A stretch of DNA of 32,000 bases from assembly GCF_012726205.1 (NCBI RefSeq), contig NZ_JAASAE010000007.1:102444-134443 (forward strand), in the 5' to 3' direction. The notes under the pieces are model-generated. The model did no database searches, had not been told where the DNA came from, and was given only the letters and a program-made list of their open reading frames with translations. Positions within the stretch are counted from its first letter, which is position 1. The number at the start of each line of letters is the position of its first letter. This document shows, one piece after another, positions 26,344 to 32,000 of the stretch. Source of the DNA: Rhodococcus sp. HNM0569. Lineage in GTDB: Bacteria; Actinomycetota; Actinomycetes; Mycobacteriales; Mycobacteriaceae. The translations under genes were made by a program, and so were the position numbers.

Positions 26344-27675
26344 TCATCCTCCCACGTGCTCCTCCGTCGCTCGTGAGTACTTTGCGAGTCCAGGTACGCC
26401 TGTTTCACGCACGGGGGCGAGCGCCCACGCCAGGCCCGCGAGGATCTGCTCGCGCCACTGCACGACGTCGTGCCCACCACAGAACTCGGCGTAGTGCACG
26501 TCGTGGCCGTGCGCGCGCAGCAACGTGTCGACCTCGCGGTTCTCGTCGAGAAGCATCCACTCGAGTTCGCCGGGCGCGAGGAAGAACCGGCCTGTGCCGC
26601 CCTTCACCACCTGCTGGAACGACCCTCCTGGACCGTTGCCGGGCCACCAGAACGAGCCCGACAGACTCACCCCGACGCCGATGTCGTCGGGCCGCGTCGC
26701 CGTGAGGTAGGCCGCTGCGAGACCGCCGAGGCTCGACCCGGCGACGACGGTGCGCGCGGGATCGGCCGTCACGCCGAAGCGACGACGCAGGGCGGGCAGC
26801 AGCTCGTCGGTCACGGCATGTGCGAACCGGTCGTCGCACCCCAGTTCACGCATCCGCACGTCGGTGTCGACGCTGTCGATCATCACGACGAGCGGCGACG
26901 TGCCGACATGTGCGGCGACCCGGTCGAGCCCGGCGAGGATCGGGTTCTCGACGGCCCACGTGCGCCCGTCGAACAGGATCGCGACGGGCCGGTCGGCTGT
27001 CACCTGGGCGCCCGCCGGCTCGTACAGCCACACCGCCCGGTCGATCCCGGCGAGCGTCCACTGCTCACGCCACAGCCGCCCCTGCCCCACCGACGGCGTC
27101 CACCACCGCTGCTCGGGCGCCGCGGGCATCGCCGCGACCGAACCGGGCCATTCCGCACGCGCCAAACGGTCGCTGTTGAACGGGTCGACGACCGCGGCGG
27201 AGAGCACATCACGCCACCACTGCCAGCCGGGCCCGCCCGACGCCGGCGGAGCGAGCTCGTCACGCCGCGGCAGGAAACGGTACGCGCCACGCCACCGCGC
27301 GGGCACCTCGATCGACACGTGCCACAGTGGTGTCGACGGCAGCCTCGTGAGGGCGGCGCGCTCGGGGCGGGCACGGTCGGTGATCCCGTTCGCGTCGAGG
27401 TAGACGCAGCGCGTCGACGACGTCGACTCGTCGCCGTCCGGGTCCCACCAGCAGAACGTCGCGAAGACCGAGTCCGGGCGATCCGACGGTTCGGCGATCG
27501 GGCCACCGGTCGCGGCGATGGTCCGTCGGATCCCGTCGGGATCCGACGCGTCCAGGCTTGCGATCAGCGGGGACGTCGCGGTCCTGCGTTCCGGCCCCGG
27601 CACTCGCACTCGTCTCGCACGCTGTCGGCCCGGCGCTGCATTGTCGGCCACCTCGTCACCTCCCGATTCGGACAT
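26344..27675 (-). CDS. Enterochelin-esterase-like (Fes/IroD-type) siderophore esterase
   Basis: 443 aa. An N-terminal beta domain (VFATFCWWDP..., LWHVSIEVPARWRGAYRF) is followed by an esterase-D-type alpha/beta hydrolase with the nucleophile elbow VAGSSLGG and a C-terminal GGHD. There is no signal peptide. An iron box lies at its start. Confidence 0.8.
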   Translation of the reverse strand: MSESGGDEVADNAAPGRQRARRVRVPGPERRTATSPLIASLDASDPDGIRRTIAATGGPIAEPSDRPDSVFATFCWWDPDGDESTSSTRCVYLDANGITDRARPERAALTRLPSTPLWHVSIEVPARWRGAYRFLPRRDELAPPASGGPGWQWWRDVLSAAVVDPFNSDRLARAEWPGSVAAMPAAPEQRWWTPSVGQGRLWREQWTLAGIDRAVWLYEPAGAQVTADRPVAILFDGRTWAVENPILAGLDRVAAHVGTSPLVVMIDSVDTDVRMRELGCDDRFAHAVTDELLPALRRRFGVTADPARTVVAGSSLGGLAAAYLTATRPDDIGVGVSLSGSFWWPGNGPGGSFQQVVKGGTGRFFLAPGELEWMLLDENREVDTLLRAHGHDVHYAEFCGGHDVVQWREQILAGLAWALAPVRETGVPGLAKYSRATEEHVGG

Positions 27676-27693
27676 TAAGTTAGCCTAAGCTTG
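27675..27693. promoter_or_regulatory. IdeR/DtxR-type iron box in a divergent promoter
   Basis: TTAAGTTAGCCTAAGCTTG (reverse complement CAAGCTTAGGCTAACTTAA) matches 14 of 19 positions of the consensus TTAGGTTAGGCTAACCTAA. The palindromic core TTAGGCTAA is perfect. The site sits in the AT-rich gap between the esterase (minus) and the siderophore-binding protein (plus). Confidence 0.7.
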
Positions 27694-27724
27694 TTTATCT
27701 TGATCCCAGAAAGGGAGCACGTCG

Positions 27725-28732
27725 ATGCTTCGTAGGACAATCGCGGTTCTCGCCGCACTCACTCTCGCCGGCGGTGTCGCCGCATGCTCGTCGTCCGACG
27801 AGTCCGCGGACGACACCGCGGTTTCCACCTCGACCGGAGACTGGCCGCGCACGGTGTCGACCGAGCGCGGCGACATCACCATCGAGCAGCAGCCCGAACG
27901 TATCGTGTCGACCAGCGTCACCCTCACCGGCAGCCTGCTCGCGCTCGACGCGCCGCTGGCAGGCACCGCCGCGCAGCCGCCGTCCACGGTGACCGACGAC
28001 CGCGGCCTGTTCACACAGTGGGCTGACGTCGCGACCGATCGCAACCTCGACGTGCTTTATCAGGGACAGCCGAATGTCGAGGCGATCACGGCCGCGGAAC
28101 CCGACCTGATCTTCGTCTCGGCCAGCGGAGCCGACTCGGCTCTCGACCAGTACGACGTGCTCAGCAAGATCGCGCCCGTCGTGGTGGTGCGGTACGACGA
28201 CAAGTCGTGGGAGGAAACCACGGAGCAGGTCGCGGCGGCCATCGGCGCCGAGCAGCAGGCAGACGACCTGCTCGCGTCGTTCGACGACAAGATCGACAAG
28301 GCCAAGGAAGCCCTCGGCCCCGAGGTGCTCTCCAGCGCGAACCCGGTCAACACCCTGACGTACAACTCGCCGAAGGAGTCGAAGATCTTCACCGCGGAGT
28401 CGGCGCAGGGCGAACTGCTGGCCCGGCTGGGTCTGACGACGGCCGAGCTGCCCGCCGAGATCGCCGCCGCCGGCCCCGGCGGAGCGATGGGCAAGCGCTC
28501 CGACATCGTGTCGGTGGCTCAGGAGAACCTGTCGCGCGCACTACCCGGCAACACCACCTTCGTCATCGCCGCCGAGGACGACGCTGCCGAACGTCTGCTC
28601 TCCGACGCGACCCTGCGCGAGACGCCGTCGGTCGTCGCCGGCCACGTGTACGCCCTCGGCACCACCAGCTTCCGGCTCGACTACTACTCGGCGAGCGACA
28701 TGATCGACCGCGTGGTCGACGTGCTCACCTGA
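27725..28732 (+). CDS. Fe(3+)-siderophore ABC transporter substrate-binding lipoprotein (FepB/FhuD cluster)
   Basis: 335 aa. The signal peptide has a lipobox (LTLAGGVAAC). Periplasmic-binding-protein type 2 pattern is present (ERIVSTSVTLTGSLLALDAPL, EPDLIFVS). AAGGGAG lies 7 nt upstream of the ATG. Confidence 0.8.
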   Translation: MLRRTIAVLAALTLAGGVAACSSSDESADDTAVSTSTGDWPRTVSTERGDITIEQQPERIVSTSVTLTGSLLALDAPLAGTAAQPPSTVTDDRGLFTQWADVATDRNLDVLYQGQPNVEAITAAEPDLIFVSASGADSALDQYDVLSKIAPVVVVRYDDKSWEETTEQVAAAIGAEQQADDLLASFDDKIDKAKEALGPEVLSSANPVNTLTYNSPKESKIFTAESAQGELLARLGLTTAELPAEIAAAGPGGAMGKRSDIVSVAQENLSRALPGNTTFVIAAEDDAAERLLSDATLRETPSVVAGHVYALGTTSFRLDYYSASDMIDRVVDVLT

Positions 28733-28736
28733 CGCG

Positions 28737-29948
28737 TCACCGCCCCGGACGGCCCGCTCGCATCGCGAGCGGGCCGTTGTCGTCGAACACCAACCGCGCG
28801 AAGCGTTCTCCCATCAGCCGGTGGGTTTCGGCGTCCGGATGCAGCTCGTCGGGCAGCGGCAACCTGGCGTAGTCGCTCTCGCCGTACAGCTCCCGGCCGT
28901 CGAGATGGAACAGTCGAGGATCGTCCACCGCACGCTGCGCGACGATGCTCGCGAGTTCGTCGCGCACGATGCTCAGGGTGAGCTTGCCGTCCCTGATCTC
29001 GTCGGGATCGCCCGTCGCACGGAACCGGACGGTGCCCGCGCGCAGCGCGTCCAGGTCGAACGCGCCAGGACCCGGCGTGTCCTCGTGGATCGGGCACTGG
29101 ATGGGCGAGACGATCAGCAGGGGCGTGTCGGGGTGGCCGTCGCGCAGGGTGTCGAGGAAACCGTGCACCGCGGGCCCGAACGCCCGGCGGCGCATGAGAT
29201 CGGCATTGACGACGTTGATTCCGATCGCGACGCTCACGACGTCGGCCGGAATGTCACGCATTGCGCGCGCCACGAACGGATCGAGCAGTGCACTCCCCGA
29301 GAAGCCCAGATTGACCGGATCGACCGCGCCTTCCATGGCGGCGGTCACGAGCCACGTGCCGGTGGGGCTGACGGCATTGGAGCCTTGACTGATGGAACTG
29401 CCGTGATGCAGCCAGCGCGGTCGGCCGGACTCGAGTGCCTGCGCGATCGGCGCGTCGGCACGCAACCCGACGAGTTCCGTACGTTCGTTGTGCGGCAACC
29501 AGATCTGGACTTCCTTGTCCTCACCCGGCAGGCCGTCGAACCGCAGGGTCTCGGGCGCACCCTCGGTGCGGTCGCCGTGCCCTGTGGCCATGTCGATCGT
29601 GACCACATCGCCGCTCTCGGCGCTCGCCTGCCCGACGAGCCGCCCATCGACGACGAGGTCGTACACGCCGTCGGGCCGCGGCGGCGCTCCCGGATAGACC
29701 TGCTTGGTGGCGATAACGTCGAGTTCGACGGACGTCGCCGACGTTCGGAACACCACGCGCACCCCGGCGGGCTGCGTCTCCGCCGCTGCCAGCCGGTCGT
29801 CGTGATACTGCGCCCGCGCCCGGGCCGGCAGGCGATGGGGCAGAAGTCCGCGCTCGGTGTGTTCGAGCTCGACGGCGCCACGGACCATGTCGGGCGAAAT
29901 CGGCACGGTGCCGGAAACGGTTGCGAGGTCTGTCACGAGGATTCCCAT
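28737..29948 (-). CDS. SGNH/GDSL-family hydrolase with an N-terminal beta-sandwich-like domain
   Basis: The block-I motif is WLHHGSSISQGSNA. The C-terminal part is an SGNH-like region, with an N-terminal domain of about 180 aa. Start options are ATG 29948, or GTG 29936 which gives a GTGA overlap with the tetR stop. The track start 30032 was rejected. Confidence 0.7.
   Translation of the reverse strand: MGILVTDLATVSGTVPISPDMVRGAVELEHTERGLLPHRLPARARAQYHDDRLAAAETQPAGVRVVFRTSATSVELDVIATKQVYPGAPPRPDGVYDLVVDGRLVGQASAESGDVVTIDMATGHGDRTEGAPETLRFDGLPGEDKEVQIWLPHNERTELVGLRADAPIAQALESGRPRWLHHGSSISQGSNAVSPTGTWLVTAAMEGAVDPVNLGFSGSALLDPFVARAMRDIPADVVSVAIGINVVNADLMRRRAFGPAVHGFLDTLRDGHPDTPLLIVSPIQCPIHEDTPGPGAFDLDALRAGTVRFRATGDPDEIRDGKLTLSIVRDELASIVAQRAVDDPRLFHLDGRELYGESDYARLPLPDELHPDAETHRLMGERFARLVFDDNGPLAMRAGRPGR
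28749..28777. terminator. Perfect 12-13 bp GC-rich hairpin just past the substrate-binding-protein stop, embedded in the last codons of the convergent SGNH gene; candidate bidirectional terminator
   Basis: CGGCCCGCTCGC-ATC-GCGAGCGGGCCG (28750-28776), extended by the A28749:T28777 pair, read directly from the sequence. There is no U-tract. Confidence 0.45.
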
Positions 29949-30544
29949 CGGGTAGTGCTGTCTGTTGTCGTCGTGGCCTGCGTCGGCCAGTTGCGGAGCA
30001 GCGCGTCGAGCGCGTCCAGGCTGCGTGCCCACGATTCACTGCTGTCGGGCATGCTGTGCGCGAATCCGCCACTGCCCTCCAGTGACACGTAGCCGTGGAA
30101 CACGCTCCCCAGTAGCCGAACCGCGTGTGTCGCATCGGGTTCGGCGATGTCGTATCCGCGCAGTACTGCGCGCGTGAGATTCGCCAGCGCGGGCCCTGCA
30201 CTCGCCACCGCGACTTCCGGATCGAGCCGATACTGCATGGCGGCGTATCGGCCCGGATGTGCGCCCGCGTAGTCGCGGTAGACATCGGCGAGGCCGACGA
30301 GCGCTTCCTTGCCGGACCGCCCGGCGACGGCGTCCGACGCACGTGCGGCAACCTCCGCAAGCGCGAGCACGGCGATCCTGCTGCGCAGATCGTGCAGGCT
30401 CGCGACATGGGAGTACAGGCTCGCAACCCTGACTCCGAACCGTCGCGCGACCTCGGACAGGGTGACGGCGTCGAACCCGATGTCGTCGGCCAGCTCGGCG
30501 GCCGCTCGCACGACCCGATCGGTCGTCAGACCCGCACGCACCAC
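29933..30544 (-). CDS. TetR/AcrR-family transcriptional regulator
   Basis: 203 aa with the N-terminal HTH FDAVTLSEVARRFGVRVASLYSHV and a WHG-like C-terminal ligand domain (GSVFHGYVSLE). GTG 30544 is preceded by AGGGAG with a 5-nt spacer. Confidence 0.85.
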   Translation of the reverse strand: MVRAGLTTDRVVRAAAELADDIGFDAVTLSEVARRFGVRVASLYSHVASLHDLRSRIAVLALAEVAARASDAVAGRSGKEALVGLADVYRDYAGAHPGRYAAMQYRLDPEVAVASAGPALANLTRAVLRGYDIAEPDATHAVRLLGSVFHGYVSLEGSGGFAHSMPDSSESWARSLDALDALLRNWPTQATTTTDSTTRWESS

Positions 30545-30581
30545 ACCAGCTCCCTAAGGAAGATCGCCAACTAGCTAAAGG

Positions 30582-31616
30582 TTATAGGAAAGGCGTCTCC
30601 GTGCCAACCTCCCGAAGCTGGCCGAGCCGGCTCACGATGCGTGCCGCGTCGATCGGTATTGCGCCACCTGCGGTGGCCCGAGCGAGGGTCGTAGCTGCGA
30701 CGAGCACCGGCGTCACACCCCGGTCGCACAACACGTCGACGACATTCGCGAATCGCTGAGCCGGTTCGCGACCGGCGGATCGCAGATCCGGAATGCCGTC
30801 GATCACCCACGACGAGAAGCCCTCGGCGAGGGCGAGATAGTCCACCGGGGCAGTCGTGCCACCACAGAGGTCGGCGAAATCGACCCACAGGCGCCGACCC
30901 TCGGCACCCCGGATTCGCACGGGATGCCCTGCAGGGAATAGCGTTTCGCATCGATTCTGCGGCGGCCGCACGAGGCTCAGCGCTGCCAGTTGCTCCGCCG
31001 TCCCTGGCGCCACCCACCAGCCCGCGGCAAAGCCGTCCTCGTGCCGCGAGCGCGTCCGGTAGTCGACCGGCCCGTCGACGGCGACGACCGCCGACATACG
31101 CTCGATCAACTCGATGGTGGGCACGAAGTCGGCATGAAACAACGGATTCGGCAGCAACGAGCGCGGCGGATAGTTCGATGTGAGGATCACCCGCGCACTA
31201 CGCGCGTAGAGCACGGGCATCAGCCGCGCGATGAACTTGGCGTCGGCGGGGTCGTGCACATGGAACTCGTCGAAGCACACGACATCGGCGTCACCGACGA
31301 GACTGTCCAATGCCGCCTCGATATCGTTGCCGCACTCCCGGATTGCCGCGTGCAGATCACGAAAGAAGGCGTGGAAGTGCACGCGAAGTTTCCGCTCGGT
31401 GGGCAACGCCGCGAAGTACGCCGCCATCAGCCAACTCTTGCCGCGTCCGGGCGGCCCCCACGCGTACACCCCCGCGTCCACCGCGCTCAGCGCATCCACG
31501 GCGCGGCGCTGCGCGGCGTCGAGAACGAAGCCCGCATCCGTCGCTGCGCTCTCCAGCATTCCGCGGTCCACGGTGGGCACCGGTCGTGCACGCCCACGTC
31601 GTCGTTGCCAGCGCAT
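30582..31616 (-). CDS. zapE: ZapE / AFG1-like ATPase
   Basis: 344 aa with Walker A WGPPGRGKS and Walker B VVCFDEFHVHDPADA, followed by RVILTSNYPP. An alternative start is ATG 31559. Confidence 0.85.
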   Translation of the reverse strand: MRWQRRRGRARPVPTVDRGMLESAATDAGFVLDAAQRRAVDALSAVDAGVYAWGPPGRGKSWLMAAYFAALPTERKLRVHFHAFFRDLHAAIRECGNDIEAALDSLVGDADVVCFDEFHVHDPADAKFIARLMPVLYARSARVILTSNYPPRSLLPNPLFHADFVPTIELIERMSAVVAVDGPVDYRTRSRHEDGFAAGWWVAPGTAEQLAALSLVRPPQNRCETLFPAGHPVRIRGAEGRRLWVDFADLCGGTTAPVDYLALAEGFSSWVIDGIPDLRSAGREPAQRFANVVDVLCDRGVTPVLVAATTLARATAGGAIPIDAARIVSRLGQLREVGTETPFL

Positions 31617-31619
31617 GAC

Positions 31620-31643
31620 GAAACTCTAGCAATGTAGAGTTTC
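31620..31643. promoter_or_regulatory. Perfect 9-bp inverted repeat GAAACTCTA-N6-TAGAGTTTC between zapE and the divergent tetR gene; candidate TetR operator overlapping -10-like hexamers
   Basis: Read directly from the sequence. Each arm contains TAGAGT (fits TANNNT) reading toward its own gene. Confidence 0.5.
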
Positions 31644-31693
31644 AGATCGACGCCGTCGTGTCGTAGATCTCGGCGGACCGGAAAGGAGGCGTC

Positions 31694-32000
31694 ATGCCGC
31701 GGCAGCAGCGCAGCTCACGTCGCGGCCTCATCTGCGAGGCCGCGCTCGATCTCGCGGCCGAAGGCGGCAACCACGCACTCACACACCAGGCGATAGATAC
31801 CCGACTCGCACTCCCCCGCGGCTCGACCTCGTATTACTACCGAACCCGGCACGCCTTGGTGTCCGCTGCGGTCACCCACCTGACGCGAACATCCGCCGAG
31901 CGGTTCGCGGCCACCGTTCCCTCGCAACCGCCTGCCTCCGCCGACGAGGCGGCCCACTTCATTGCCGGCTACCTGGAGGCCCTGTTCGCCGAGCGGCGCC
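31694..32000 (+). CDS. TetR-family transcriptional regulator, 5' part (runs off the window)
   Basis: ATG 31694 is preceded by GAAAGGAGG. The N-terminus MPRQQRSSRRGLICEAALDLAAEGGNHALTHQAIDTRLALPRGSTSYYYRTRHALV is a TetR HTH. The frame stays open to the window end, so it is absent from the ORF track. Confidence 0.75.
   Translation, partial: MPRQQRSSRRGLICEAALDLAAEGGNHALTHQAIDTRLALPRGSTSYYYRTRHALVSAAVTHLTRTSAERFAATVPSQPPASADEAAHFIAGYLEALFAERR

Noticed and set aside
29949-30032. Longer SGNH hydrolase start at 30032, and the similar long start of the HhH-GPD gene at 26480.
   Set aside because: Each would overlap the upstream same-strand gene by 100 nt or more in another frame. Good internal starts exist: ATG 29948 or GTG 29936, and ATG 26339 with GGGAGGA.
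30545-30581. Possible TetR operator in the zapE-tetR spacer (CCAACTAGCTAAAGG).
   Set aside because: Only a 6-bp TAGCTA palindrome is present and the flanks do not pair. That is too weak to call.

Overview
This is a high-GC actinobacterial chromosomal window, and its gene content looks Mycobacteriales-like. I call about 27 protein-coding genes. I found no rRNA, tRNA, CRISPR array, transposase or integrase. All homology calls come from motifs I recognised by eye in the supplied translations; no searches were run.

Gene order, left to right:
- A 10-methyl (tuberculostearic-type) fatty-acid modification pair: the 3' end of an FAD oxidoreductase, ATGA-coupled to a CFA-synthase-family methyltransferase.
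- A SnoaL-like protein.
- The fadB-fadA beta-oxidation pair (minus strand).
- dnaX, with a long Pro/Ala/Glu linker that contains an in-frame 9-bp tandem repeat.
- An SDR coupled to a DMT-like permease, then a His-tract membrane protein.
- A HadA/HadB-like MaoC dehydratase pair.
- A 694-aa single ORF fusing a PAP2_3-type lipid phosphatase/phosphotransferase to a WS/DGAT acyltransferase.
- A PucR-family regulator.
- A tightly coupled hopanoid operon: hpnC-hpnD-hpnE-polyprenyl synthase-shc-(hpnG::ispH fusion)-hpnH-dxs.
- An iron-box-controlled divergent pair: a Fes-like esterase followed by an HhH-GPD protein, opposite an orphan siderophore-binding lipoprotein.
- A zapE-tetR-SGNH hydrolase string.
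- A second, partial tetR gene, divergent from zapE across a perfect palindrome.

Best leads for something undescribed:
1. The HpnG-IspH fusion, inside a hopanoid operon that carries its own copies of the first and last MEP-pathway enzymes.
2. The PAP2_3-WS/DGAT fusion, which physically links a diacylglycerol-generating domain to a diacylglycerol-consuming one. It sits between a HadAB-like pair and a PucR regulator whose 3' end it overlaps by 88 nt.

Many long antisense ORFs in the track are high-GC artefacts and were rejected.
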